A stretch of 63,296 nt of DNA, counting the filler, from Reticulomyxa filosa (taxonomy: Eukaryota; Protista; Foraminifera): NCBI GenBank assembly GCA_000512085.1. It is 24 parts of 24 records of this genome, joined end to end, with 100 filler letters (N's around TTAATTAATTAA, not from the genome) between each part and the next. Parts side by side here need not be neighbours in the genome. Positions count along the whole stretch, not along the records: positions 50,910 to 53,362 come from ASPP01020110.1; positions 53,463 to 58,562 come from ASPP01026081.1; positions 58,663 to 61,133 come from ASPP01028096.1; positions 61,234 to 63,296 come from ASPP01037666.1; 20 more parts are not named here. One strand, 5' to 3'. Position 1 is the first letter of the stretch, and every line of letters starts with the position of its first letter. Made by a program: the position numbers and the translations under genes. Positions 50,910 through 63,296 of the stretch are shown here, in pieces. The notes beneath the pieces are model-generated. The model saw only the letters and a program-made list of their open reading frames with translations, was not told the origin of the DNA and searched no databases.

Positions 50910-53228
50910 TTGTATTGTTATTGACATATATCGTGGATATTGCAAATGTGCACATTACAACACGAAATAAAGAACACTGTGCGTACCATTTGCCAAAGCA
51001 AAGCGGTCTGGAGCTGGACGGAGCTCAGAATAAACGGACAAAACGATATTCGCGAGCAAAATCGTTTACTTGTTTATCAGCTTGAGGAAAGCTTTTGAGA
51101 TGGGCATCAATAATATCAAGTCCAACAGCAACTGCTCGCATTGTTACGAGCAAGTCGTGATTGTCACAAACAAAGTATTGCTTGAGTTTGACAGGATCCT
51201 GTTCGTTTTCAAAAGTCCAGAGAAATGCATCATCCCTTGCTTGTAGACGCAGTTTATCTGTGTTGGCCCTGTTGTAGTCGATTGCCGACTGAAATAGCGG
51301 CTTCCTGCCGTCCACCGACAAATGGCTCTGCAATCCTTGAAGTGAGCTGAAATGACGTCCTTCATTTGCGCGAATCCGGAACACTTATAATAATTATTAT
51401 TATAATGATGTTGTTATTATTTTAAATAGAGAAAAATATATATACATATATACATATACACATATATACATATATACATATATATATATATATATTGCAT
51501 ACCAATATCTGCAGTGTGATCAAGTAACACTTCTCTTTTATCAACCTCGTCAAACTTCCAACGTAAAATGCGAGCAACTTCAATGGGTACAAATACAAAG
51601 TTTTCCGGGTTCTTGCTGTCCATCACAAATCCATAAGTCAAACCCAACTTGCTGCCAGCCACAGTTACTACGCAAAAGTCGTCGGGTTCCTCTTTCATTG
51701 TCAGCTTTGCGATTGTGGTGTTTGCAACCTCGACAAGGAAGGTGCCAGACCCGCCACGCACCTAAGCCGACGAATAAATACATCAATCATGTTACTATTG
51801 CAAAGCTTTGTTTTGGAACAAAACAAAAAAAAAAAAAATTACATCTCCATCACTTAACAAATATATCGACTTCATGACGATTAGTGAGCCCGGTATAAGG
51901 CAATAGAATATGCGCTGTTCTGTGATCCACCATGGGACACACAATAGCGGAAGTGGGACGAAGGACCAAAGGATCGGTCACAACAATCTTCCTAGTAAAG
52001 GAAATTCCGTCTCGAACCGATCCGCATGGAGTGTAAATGACGAGCAACAAGTACTGACCTTTGCGAAGAGGGGTCAATTCCATATCTTGATGCGACAGAC
52101 CACTTCGCGTATCTTTGAGACGGCCAAATTTGGTTTCCAGTTCGTTATCCGTAATAAGGATATTTTTGTCATCAAAAAATCGAATTTCAAAGTGAATTCC
52201 CTCGCATATGTGTTCGGAATTGAAGGTTTTGGGAACATTGTCTTTTTGGTACTTGTGTTCCAAACGACGCATACACATGACATGGGCTTGTTGTTCGAGC
52301 ACCGTCCAAAGAGTGAACCGCATGTGATACTTGGTGTTCACGGCCAAGTACCATTCTTTCTCGTCTCTTGGGTGATACGAAGGACGAGGATTGAAGTCCT
52401 TTGGATCCACCACTGTCATAATCTCACCATGCAATGCATTGGGATCCATCACTTGCACAAGCACCGGTTTCGAGTTTTCATGATACAATGTGTCGATCGC
52501 CGTTACTTTGAACTTTTCCGTTCTGGTCGATGACTTTATCACTCCCGAGTTATCCACTGTCGACAGCATTCCCTTCGTGTCCATCGTGAATCTTTTTTGT
52601 TAATTGTTTGGTTATGTGTTACACAACGGGTAAATAGACCGAATGCATATACGACATATATTCTGTATATATTTTGTATATGTATGTATGCATCAAACTT
52701 GAATTGCGAATCAGGCAACACCAATCTCGTGCGTGTGTATTGAGTCTCGTCGAGGTTGGCCGAAGGGTGGACAAATGTCGTGGTCAACAAACTCAAGTAT
52801 GCTGTTGTGCATTGTGGCATATACAGTTGTGGAGGATCTACGGAAAATTGTTGCACCACAAACAAGTCCGCCTCCCCTTTTTCTGCTCGATGAAAGGGCT
52901 CACGATTCTTGTCCAATGCCACCCATACTGTTTCTTTTCCTGTTGAGTAGCCTTGTACCGGGATTCTTTTATTTGATGGTACAATAATTTAATCATTATT
53001 TGATGAAATAACAATACACATATACACATAGATACGCAAATAGTTTTTTTTTTTTTTTAATATAACAAGTCTGTTGGTTGTCTAGTCATCTCTGAGTATG
53101 TTTCTGGCATGATCAATTTTGCGTCTTCGAATTTCAATTGCTTTACATGGATGCCTAATCCGTGGAATACCAATGGCAATCCACGCAATGTCGTAAAATC
53201 ATTCCCCTGAGCATCTTGTCCAGAGACC
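50910..53228 (-). CDS. NUP210: Nuclear pore membrane glycoprotein gp210, internal exons
   Basis: GQDAQGNDFTTLRGL, LVLPDSQFKF, VQVMDP, WYLAVNTKY, FDDKNILITDN and GGSGTF...VMDSKNPEN follow the order of Nup210 Ig-like repeats. Confidence 0.78.
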
Positions 53229-54021
53229 TTTTTTTTGATAAAAGTACCACACACACACACACATATAGATTCTATCAATGAAATCTCCTTTCTTCAAACT
53301 ACAAACAAAATTAAACAAATATTTCAAAAAAAAAAAAGGGAGAAAGAATTTTAAAAGCGGCGNNNNNNNNNNNNNNNNNNNNNNNNNNNNNNNNNNNNNN
53401 NNNNNNTTAATTAATTAANNNNNNNNNNNNNNNNNNNNNNNNNNNNNNNNNNNNNNNNNNNNAAATAAAACCATCCATTTTTTTTTATTCATAATTTATT
53501 TTGTATTACAAAATAAAAAACGAAAAACAAAAAAGAAATACTAAACAAAGATAGTCACTGGTTGCCCAAACACTAAATTTAGTGATGGCAGTGCTTTGAC
53601 CAGAAGGTCCTGAAGGTCCTGTAGAGGTCCCCGAGGTCGAACCATAGGCTGAAGTTAAATGAACAACCACCATTTTTAGTATGTAGGCAAATAACACTAC
53701 TCAAAAGACAATGAGAAAAGCAAGAACAACACCAACAAACAGCACAAGTTTTTAGTTTTTGTGCACGCCCTGGTTTTTTTTGTTTTGTGCTTTCTGGATG
53801 AAAGACGATAGCTGTTTGAGTGCAATTTATTTATTGATATTTTTTATGTAACTATTTTTTAAATAAGCATTTGTTGCAATGTTTTGGAGTGTGATTACGG
53901 TTGCTTAAGATGATTGTCACAATTAGGTTGTAATTTATAGATAAGGAAAATGATATTATTAGCAATAATTTTTGCTTTATACAGACATTTGAAAGGAAAA
54001 GTTGAAGAAGAAAAGAAAGGA

Positions 54022-55087
54022 TCAATCAGTAAATCGTTTATTACCAAGCCATGACTTGGCTTTATGATAAGTGATGAAACCGGACACAGCCATGATGAAA
54101 CAAACACAAAAGATGCCTAAAAAGGTATAGCCTTCAGGTATGATATCCGTTTGAGTAATTTGAAAAGGGATCCAACAATTCATTCCCCATAAAGTTCCAC
54201 AAAACATTAGAGGGACAAAGACAGTGGTGAGAGTGCCTAATTTTTGAGCGATGACATTGAGATGACTACCATGTTTGGACATGTCTAAAGACACTTGAGC
54301 GACAAAGACACTTTGTAATTGTTCCAAGTTGCGCAAGCTGACTTCCAGAATGGATATCATTCGAAGTAGATGATCGTTGATATCCCTCCAATAAGGAGAA
54401 GGTACATCTTGTAAGAAAGTGCGCCATTTCAAATTGTTCAAATGATTTAACACCATGGATTTGGGCCATAATCGATGTCGATAAATGCCAAGCCAAGATC
54501 TCGCATTTTGGAATCGTTGTAATAATTCTTGTTGACTATTTACTCCAATCATGAGCACAATTTCCTCCAAACTGGCAACCTCACTAACGACACGATTGAC
54601 TTCAGGAATAAGCGAGTCAATCACACCATCGACAATGGCATGACAAACCCATCCAGGACTGGGACATAGCCAATGTTTATTATTATTATTATTGCTATCA
54701 TCCATTCCTGGATAATGTCTTTTTTTAATTATTTTCCTTGTCTCGTCCATGACAATGGCAGGCTGTTCGTGATACGTAATCAGCATGCTTTTAAAAACGA
54801 GAATGGCGATACGTTGCACGCGAACACGATCGCGTGTAGGCGCGCGCACGCAGATGAACAAGTAATGATCAAAGATCTCCACTTTCTCGCGGCAGTCGCG
54901 ACTAACGCAGTCTTCGATGGTCAGAGGATGAATCTTTGGCCGAATGCGCGTTGCGAATTTTTCAAATGTCGCCTTGTCACAAGAAAGGTCAATCCACAAT
55001 GGTTGTTTCTTTGTCAATCGGGTTTGTGTTAATTGATCGATCAATGCATCTATATCATGCATTTCAATATGTTTTAATCTTCCACTT

Positions 55088-55139
<52 letters not shown>

Positions 55140-56807
55140 TATTGTGATCAAGGGTAGCATTGTTCCAATGTGTCGGACCAATAATAATGAAAACACTTCT
55201 TGCTAGCAATGAAGAGGTGGTCATAAGCATACTATTCGCTTCGGTCCCTCGCAACGACATTTCATTGGTCGACTCTTGCTGCTGTACGCCAGTGTCAGTA
55301 GACTCGGACAACTGTCGACTTCTGTCTCCAATCGAGTATGCAAAGTCTCTCGTCATTGTCTCCTTTTTGGATAGATAAGGCTCTTGAATTGACAAAGGTT
55401 CATAATGCCATTGTTTGCTTGTTCGCTCTTGTCCATTGATATTGATATTGTTGTTGTTGTTATTGTTGAAATGAGACTCTATTGCCGATATCTTACGCTT
55501 GTTGTTTTCTTTTTCTAAATCCGAGGCTTTAATAAAAAATACTTGGCTTATGTCATCGTCCTCTTCATTTTCATTTTCATCTTCATCTTCATATTCTTGT
55601 TCATCTTCTTTGTCTTTATTATCATTATTTTCATTTTGCCCTTCTTCTTCTTCTTCTTTTTCTTTTTCCTCTTGTTGGTCGCTTTTCTTGTTTTTTTGTT
55701 GTTTGCGAACACTCTCGTTGTCACTAGTTCGTCCATCCTTTTCATTATATGCTCGAGAGGATAACACTTGCTTTGGCGGCTTTCTTTCGGTTTGACTTCG
55801 GTTTGTCCATACTTCTTCCTTTTCCTTTTTTTTATTCTTTTTGCTTTTGTCCTTTCTTTTGCTCTTCTTCTCCTTCTTCTTTTTATCCTTTTTGTTTACT
55901 TCTTGCAACTGCAATTGCAATTGTAGTTGCAATTGCGTTTGCGTTTGCGTTTGCGTTTGCGTATCTTCTAGTGACGCCGAGTTCGAATGGGACAACGGCT
56001 TTGCCAAATACATCATCTGCTTATTGTCGTCCTGTTCGTCCGTCTCTTTCTTTGGTTTGGTCACGCTGTCACGTGACTTTACCATTATCGTTTGGATTTC
56101 GTTCACATTATCATCGTCGCCATTCTCTTTTTCTTTCTCATTGTCATTGCCATTGTCATTTTCTTGTTTCTTTGATCTCTTTCTTACCAACCATCTGTCA
56201 TAGTCCTCCTCCTCTTCTTCTTCTTCTTCCTCTTCCTCTTCCTCTTCATAGTCAAGGTCTTCTTCTTGCTTGCCTCGATCATCATCATCATCATCATCGT
56301 TGCCATGATTAAATCTTTTTCATTATTTTGTATATACATATATGTTTTTTTTTTGGTAATATGGTCAGTTAAAAAAATAGATACCTGACAACATTGTCAA
56401 CAATTTCTGAATCTGGATTTTTTGCAATAGACATCCTCACATCTTTGCCATTGTCTTTGTTCACGTTTCTATTCGACACGCTGATCACATCGGTTGTCAG
56501 TCTTGCTTCTTGCTTTCGTGACACTGGGACGTTCTCGCTTAAAAATTGAAATGTCTTCCCACCCAACGATGCTTTATATACATCATTTTTATCTTTTTTT
56601 TTTTTTTTGTCAATTTTTATATTCAATCGTTTTGTTTTAACTAATTTGGCCACGATCAAATTGCTCTAAAATTTTGTTTCGAAGCAATTCGAGTGTTATT
56701 TTATTATTGTACTCTTTGTATTGCTCTGGTGAAAAACGGACAAATCCTATCATTTGTCCAAAGTCATTTGAATCTGGTTTAGAATTTAGCACAATGTTTA
56801 CTTGCAT
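54022..56807 (-). CDS. CorA/ALR-family Mg2+ transporter with a long charged N-terminus, multi-exon
   Basis: LWIDL, IHPLTIEDC..REKVEIFDHYLF, YWRDINDH, TVFVPL...GTLWGMN signature, and two C-terminal TMs. Confidence 0.92.
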
Positions 56808-56982
56808 TGTTTCTATAATATTTTATTATGCTCCCCCTTTTTTTTTTTCCCTCTTACGTTCAATACCCTTTTTGCTAAAGGGATAGAAATCATCGAATTT
56901 AATTGAAAATATTTGCATCGAATCTCATTCAAAAATCAATTCAAATAAAATTGCATAATAAAAAGAGTTTGCGCAATGCATG

Positions 56983-57720
56983 TTATTTGACAACAACAAC
57001 AGTGCAATGAGCATGCTGTGAAAGATAAGAAGAAACTGAGCCAAGCAAGGCTTGTTTAACACTCCCCAAGCCTCGTGTTCCACAAACAATCGTGTAAACA
57101 TTCATTTGTTTTGCCAAATGTGTCAATTCTTCTCCAATATTTTTTGGATTTACACGATTTCCTGCTTCAACTAGCAACGCATGTAACTATTTTTTTTTTT
57201 TTACATAACAAATTATTATCATTATTAATTTTCATTTATTTATTATTAACAAAACAAACTAAACATTTGGATGGTCTCTTAAAATTTTAGCTCTTTCAAA
57301 CGTGTCTTGTAACATATTGTGCTTCGATTTTGTAACATCCACTTCTGGATGAATTATTTCAGCATCTAATTCTTTGAATAACTTTTCAACCATTGCTTCT
57401 TCCCATATGCTTTTTTTTTTAAAAGAAAAGAAAAGATAAGTGAATTTGTTTCTTGAAAAATATTATATAAAAAAAAAGACATAATAAACATAAGCACACC
57501 TCACCAAAACAATAAAGTCTTCCTTTTTGGCCAAATTGTCATGAACCCATTTGGCTGCTTTTTCACTGTATTCTGTTCCGTCCAATGCTATCATTATTGT
57601 TCGTCCTTTGTGTGCAGACACTTCTTTTACAACCTCTTTTACATTCATTGAAATCTTTATCGAGTACAAATCTTCTGCTTCCACAGGCTGTTTTCCATCA
57701 TTCTCTGTGGGGTTGCTCAT
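56983..57720 (-). CDS. Universal stress protein (UspA-like), 3 exons
   Basis: IMIALDGTEYSEKAAKW and IVCGTRGLGSVKQALLGSVSSYLSQHAHCTVVVVK. Confidence 0.93.
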
Positions 57721-59166
57721 GTTTTTATTGATTTTATTACGTGCGATAAATTTAAAAAAACTCTTGTTTAAAAAGAAGGACCTATTTAAACAAAAGTATT
57801 TACATTATTTTTCCTGGTTTTATTTCCATGTTTGCTTAAATAATTTAAAAGAAAAATGAATTTTTTAAAATATATAATGTTAACGTTCAAAAAATTCGGC
57901 AAAAGAAAGAAAGAAAAATGAATAAAAATTAACTTCAACTTTATTGGAAAGTTCAACGAAAGTGTAGTAATATACGTTGCATAAAGACGTTTATGCATGT
58001 TTAGTGATAAAGAATTGAATATTTATGGCGCTTATGAAAAAAAGGGAGTGTTTACAAAATGCATTTCTTTGAATAATGCCTTTAAGTCTTCTTAATTAAT
58101 TTAACAAAGCTTGTAGGAGCTAAGAGTTTCGTATAATTGCGCGTAGTATGCATAAAAAAAGAGATTAACGTGTTTGTGCGCGTGACGCTTTTTTTGTGGT
58201 GAATTCATTATTACAAATCAGTGAACATTAATTTTGATGCATCTGTTAGTTTGATCTTTGACTTACTGACCCTTTTTTTTTTGCTTTTTAAAATTTTTTA
58301 AATTATTTTGTTTAATAATTGGCTTATAGTAAAAGCACATTTTCGTGTGCTCATAAATAAATATTTTATACAACAAAGTGACAACAAAAACATATTTGCA
58401 TTTTTTTTCTTTTGATACTTCAATTTATTTCTGTTCCTCCTTTCGTTTGTGCTGTTTTACCTTAATTAAAAATGTTTATTAGTGTCAGAGTTCGATACCT
58501 TTTGTGCCCTGTCCTTCGCACAAAACTTTTAGCGTCCCTACGTCTTTTGGAGGGATTTTATCNNNNNNNNNNNNNNNNNNNNNNNNNNNNNNNNNNNNNN
58601 NNNNNNTTAATTAATTAANNNNNNNNNNNNNNNNNNNNNNNNNNNNNNNNNNNNNNNNNNNNAAATCAAAGTAAATCAATTGTCGAAAAAGCGACAGCAA
58701 TAAAAGCAACACAGCAAAAATCAGGTGTTTTTTAACGCCGACAATCTTAACTTGTGTTGCTTTTGTAGAACGTAATCCCGAAATTTCTTTTGGTCCTGCC
58801 CGATGAAAAAAGAATCTTGCAAAAAATAAAATTTCGAACGTAGTGCTGTAGATTGCGCTGACACTAGTTTCTCAAACGAAAGGCAATGAAATGTATTGGA
58901 GCGCACACATCGACAAACAATGAAATGAAGAATTGCAGTTCTTTAAAAGAGAATTTTTGAATGCCTAAATAATGCAGAAAAAAATTTGATTTTTTGAATG
59001 TTCTAAAAACTCTTTGAACAAAGAGCAACCCTTCAAAGTGGATTATTTTTAGATTGTTTAAGGAAAAGATACTTGAATTATTTGCCATCACCACAAAATA
59101 GAAAGTGACATTGTTGAATCAAGACAACAGAAAAATACATTCTCAAATCAGATACTTCTCCGTAGA

Positions 59167-61060
59167 TTAGTCCAATGCGTCGTACATCGCAGCGGAAAAG
59201 TCGTCATCTCTTTGACGTGCCCTTGCCTTTTTTTTGGATTTGCTGGACTGGTGTCTTACATTTTGTTCTCTTTCTTGCATTTGCTGTGCTTGCATCATAT
59301 TGTCAATTTGAAGGTTGTTATTGACAAAAGCGGATGTAGATGTGGCTTGTTCCTTGCTGGTCGCATTACGATTCATCCATACTGCATTGGTGATAATATT
59401 CGCTTTGCAAACATTCAGACATTCAAGCATTTAAACATATATTTTTGAGTGCTGTGTTACATCTCTTCGATGCCTCCTAAAAAAAAAAAAACTGATCCAA
59501 TACCTCGTGCAGCCTCGTAGTTTCCTGTTAGCAAAAACAAGAAGAGAGGGAAAAAACAATATCACATCAACGTATACGTATATACCAAAATTTCAAGAAA
59601 GACAAGAAATGAATCCACAAATGTTTTGCCAAAGAAGTACACACCTGCTTCACAAAGCATTGCGCTCCTTCTTGAAGCGTTTGCTGTAGGGACACACACA
59701 CGTATACACTTTAAAAAATCTCCTAAAATATTACACACAATAAAAAAGAGAAAGAGAGTTTGTACCAGCAAGCAAATCCATATCCAAGGTGTTCAACAGC
59801 TCTTTCTTGTTTCGAGTGATTGATTTTTTTTCCGTAATTACTCGTAGCATTTTAGCTTTTGTTTGTTTTGTTTTGTTTTTGTTACAAAAGAAGGTGGAAA
59901 GAAAAAGTACATAAACATATATGTATACATTATATATACGAGAAACGAACCTCCGTCCGGTCGAACATAGTGAATTTGCACTTGAAAGATGACATCATTC
60001 AATTGCTTGTACTCGTTTCGTTTCAGCATGTCTTTGCGTATGATGTACTCAAAGTAGACTTTGGATTCGCTGAACACGTTGCCAATGTCTTGGACTTGTC
60101 GACTAATTTCGATGGTCGACGACTTGACCTCCTCCTCTTTTTCTTCTTCTTTCTTTGCTTGCTCTTTGAGATTTTCCTGTCCTGGTTCCGTGTTCGTTTC
60201 GTCATTAGTTTTTTTTTGCGAGTGTTGTGTGGACTTTTCGCTTTCGTTATTGCCTTCAGCAATAGTGGTTAACGTTGGCACGACCTGACGAGTTTGTTCT
60301 TGTTTATCATTACTATTCTTGTTATTGTTACTGTTACTGTTACTGTTATTGTTATTGTTATTGTTATTATTATTGTCATTGTTATTATTGTCATTGGTGT
60401 CATAAGAATCTTCATCACCCTCAAGACTAAGATCGTCAGTTTTGAATTGCATAACCGGATGCAACAACATGGTAGCCTGCACCTTGGTTGCCAAAATCTG
60501 TTTTTTTTCCAAAATGCCTTTGAAGTTGGAGGTGAGTTCTTTGGGGTTGATGCGTTGGACCTTTCCTTTGGTGATTTCGCAGACTTTGCCGAGGTTTTCC
60601 AACTTGCACTCGCTGTCGGTGATCGAGATGACGTTGACGACCACGCCTTGCTCCAAGGCCCAGTTTGCGACTTGCACATACCACTCCTCCACCGCGTCCA
60701 GTTGTTCTTCGCGCACCACTCCCTCTGCCGCGTCCAAGTTGCCCAAGCCAATGTTTGCAAGGCCGTCGGTGCAAAGCAGCACTTGCGATCCCGGCTTCTG
60801 CGATGCCAGTGCAATCGATACCACCAATGCTGGTCCCAACGCCGTCTGTCCTTTTTCCGTCAAACCCCACACTTTGTCGGACAGTGCCTTTGCCGAGCGC
60901 TCGATGGCGCTGTCCAATTTGTACTCTTGTCCTATCGTCTTCAGCTTCTCCATGTCGTGCAGTTTGTCTCCCGCCACAAACTGCGGCTCCGACGTTCCGT
61001 CTCCGACAATTGTCACCTCATTCGAAAACGACACCAATGCCACTGCACGCACACACAAAC
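59167..61060 (-). CDS. vWA/Sec23-like domain protein of the CPRas1-like family, 3' exons
   Basis: VALVSFSNEVTIVGDG, EKGQTALGPAL, VLLCTDGLANIGLG, ECKLENLG, VQIHYVRPDG, and C-terminal RDDDFSAAMY. Confidence 0.8.
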
Positions 61061-61233
61061 AAATATGCTATTGTCCATATTATGTCTCTTTGCCAAATAT
61101 ATACATACATATATACATATATTATCCCTTCTCNNNNNNNNNNNNNNNNNNNNNNNNNNNNNNNNNNNNNNNNNNNNTTAATTAATTAANNNNNNNNNNN
61201 NNNNNNNNNNNNNNNNNNNNNNNNNNNNNNNNN

Positions 61234-62033
61234 TCTCCACATTTAGCATACACATTCAGCATTGAATTGATTGAGCTTATATCAATCTCAATATTGAAGT
61301 CATGAATCATTTTATTCCAAATCAATTCAGCACTTTGAATATCACGTGCATTTGCACAAACTGATAATAATGAATCACAAGTAATCAAATTTGGTTTGAT
61401 ATTATATTTGTCAATCATCAAATGGAGATAATATAATGCCTGTTTGAAATCTCCTCTCTTTCTGCATCCTTTGATCATTGTACTGAATGTGATGATATCA
61501 GGAACCAAAAATTGGTAATTAGATTGATTTTGTTGTTTTTCAAACCATTGTTGAAAGAAATGTTTTTGTAAATCAAATTTGTCCCACATTCCCAAATGAT
61601 TTAAAATTGTGGTATAAAATATAACATCTGGACGAATATGTTTGCTTTGCACAATTTCAATAATTCGAATGATTGAATTGGGATATTTTAATTCTGAACA
61701 TCTTTTAACAGCTGCAGCATAGAGAGTGATGTTTTGAGATGAACTCTCCTTGAGATATTGAATAATCTCTTTATCAGATTCCATGTTTCGAAGTAATGAT
61801 CGTTCATATTGTGATTCAGGGGAAGGTATTGTTTTTGATAATGCACCTTGTTGTCCCTTTAGCTTTTTAATGTATTGAGTCCTTTGATGTTGTTCGTCCA
61901 ATGCGACTTGATATGTGTTAGGTTGACGAAGTTGTCTAATGAGAACGCAAGGAACGAGATTCCAGATTGGTCTCTTGTTTAGCTCTTTTTTTCTGGAACC
62001 AGCTCTTTTAAGAGTTATGCTCATCATTGTCAT
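61234..62033 (-). CDS. Pentatricopeptide-repeat (PPR) protein, 3' truncated
   Basis: PDVIFYTTILN, PDIITFSTMIKGC, PNLITCDSLLSVCA and SINSMLNVYAKCG repeats. Confidence 0.9.
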
Positions 62034-62139
62034 TTATTTTTTTAATGATCAATTCAAAACTTGAACTTTGAATTTAGTTTTACTTGAACTTTCTAATCAA
62101 AAAGTTAGTCACAGATTTCAAATTTAATGTTTAGTTAAA

Positions 62140-62320
62140 ATGCATCGAACAGTTGCCATGACAAGAGTTTGGATTTTGATTAAGAAATTGTTTCAAACAA
62201 TTCTCTCCAACGATCAATGGGCACAAATAACTTACTGATTCAATTGTAAAATCCAATTTTTGGCAAAGCACGACTGTGGTTGAAACACTGATTTTAGATC
62301 CCCCCTTCACGTTTTTTCTC
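62140..62320 (-). pseudogene. Remnant of a RING/TRAF-like zinc-finger paralogue
   Basis: QSCFAKNWILQLNQ* ... LIVGENCLKQFLNQNPNSC, with a stop and an apparent internal deletion. Confidence 0.5.
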
Positions 62321-62958
62321 TTCTATTTTATTAAATTTTGATTTCTTGCTATCAAGTTATTACAAAGTTTTTTTCAAATTTTATTGAGTTGAAGGATTTT
62401 GGTGACAAACTTTTTTTTTAACAAAAATCACATCTTTGAAAAAAATTTGCTATAAAGGATAGTTTCTGTCCGCGTTGAAATATTTATAAAATATTTTAAA
62501 TTATTTAAGGAAAAGCAATTATTAAATCTTGCATCAACTGATATATAATTTGATAAATCATCTCTATCAATCATTTCTGATACACGAAAATGATCTATTT
62601 ATCCCTAAATAATTATTCATCAGTTCATTACATAACCTTGCGGTCATCTATATTGTTTTATTTCAAAATTAAATTAATAAACCATGACACAATTGTTTTC
62701 TAATTTATTGAACGCGTCAACTCATTTCTAGTCAAAGCACTTTTGACAACCCTCTGTTGAAAGTGATTTTATTGTAGTGTTTGTTGTCGTTTATCAGTTT
62801 ACTACACAATATCCTCGTAATTGAACATCACTTGGGTACTCACAGATAAATTTGTATTCGTTTTTGAGTGTATGAGTAAAGTATCAAAAGTTGCCACTTC
62901 TTTAAGTATTCTTGATACCCCTTCATTGATGTCGAGATAAAAAAGTTCAATCTAGGGC

Positions 62959-63296
62959 ATGCAAAGAAAAACAAAAGGACTGATATTGGTAAGCCTTAGG
63001 TTAAAGTTTCATAAATCTAAGTGATTTTAGATTGTTTTTTTATTTGAACCAGTTAGATGAAGATATCCAGGTAATTATTCACCATTGGGTTCGAATATTA
63101 AAGATTAAATTAGGATGGATTCAAGAGTTTGATAAACTTGTTGTCAAATATGTTATGTGTCTTTGGCAAATATTTATATGTTATTATTCACACTCAATAT
63201 GTTAACACATGCAGCCACTGTCTTCATACTTGATACATTTCGCTCATCATCCAAACTACTCAAAACGTTTCGTGGTCACACAAATTGGGTAAATAG
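62959..63296 (+). CDS. 5' end of an HWIR-motif WD40 gene (exons 62959-62988, 63053-63151, about 63215-end)
   Basis: MQRKTKGLIL|LDEDIQVIIHHWVRILKIKLGWIQEFDKLVVKY|...TVFILDTFRSSSKLLKTFRGHTNWVN. Confidence 0.75.

Larger units (their letters stand above)
1483..61233. other. 23 artificial contig-joining spacers (N44-TTAATTAATTAA-N44), each 100 nt, starting at 1483, 4392, 5813, 8961, 10274, 13497, 14688, 18771, 20235, 22176, 23567, 24956, 30887, 32654, 34801, 37052, 42818, 46318, 49639, 50810, 53363, 58563 and 61134
   Basis: Identical length and six-frame stop linker each time. Composition and genes change abruptly at each one. Confidence 0.98.

Noticed and set aside
1483-61233. Regularly recurring TTAATTAATTAA flanked by Ns, superficially like a repeat array
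   Set aside because: Artificial contig linker; not CRISPR and not a biological repeat.

Overview
This window is not one locus. It is 24 short contigs joined by 23 identical artificial 100-nt spacers (N44-TTAATTAATTAA-N44, stop codons in all six frames), so adjacency across spacers means nothing. Twenty-two contigs are AT-rich, intron-containing eukaryotic DNA with microsatellite-rich introns and homopolymer frameshifts. Their gene families (expanded 'HWIR-motif' WD40 genes, TPR/PPR genes, 7TM-RGS) look to me like the foraminiferan Reticulomyxa filosa or a close rhizarian; this is inference, not a database result. Two contigs (1-1482 and 13597-14687) are GC-rich proteobacterial fragments. Recognisable eukaryotic genes: a spliced GPCR-inositol 5-phosphatase fusion, an EH + tandem Tudor-like protein, a divergent G-alpha, LRRCC1/VFL1, WD40 and TPR paralogues, WDR55, a PPM1H-like PP2C, an NDR kinase, an Unkempt-like CCCH protein, a Ser/Thr kinase, a split-RGS membrane protein, NUP210, CorA, USP, a CPRas1-like vWA protein and a PPR protein. 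There is also a dead Tc1 element and a 135-bp foldback element. The best candidates for new biology are the GPCR-INPP5 fusion hidden by a phase-0 intron, the recurrent HWIR motif in front of beta-propellers, and introns with A-tract acceptors and self-complementary microsatellites.
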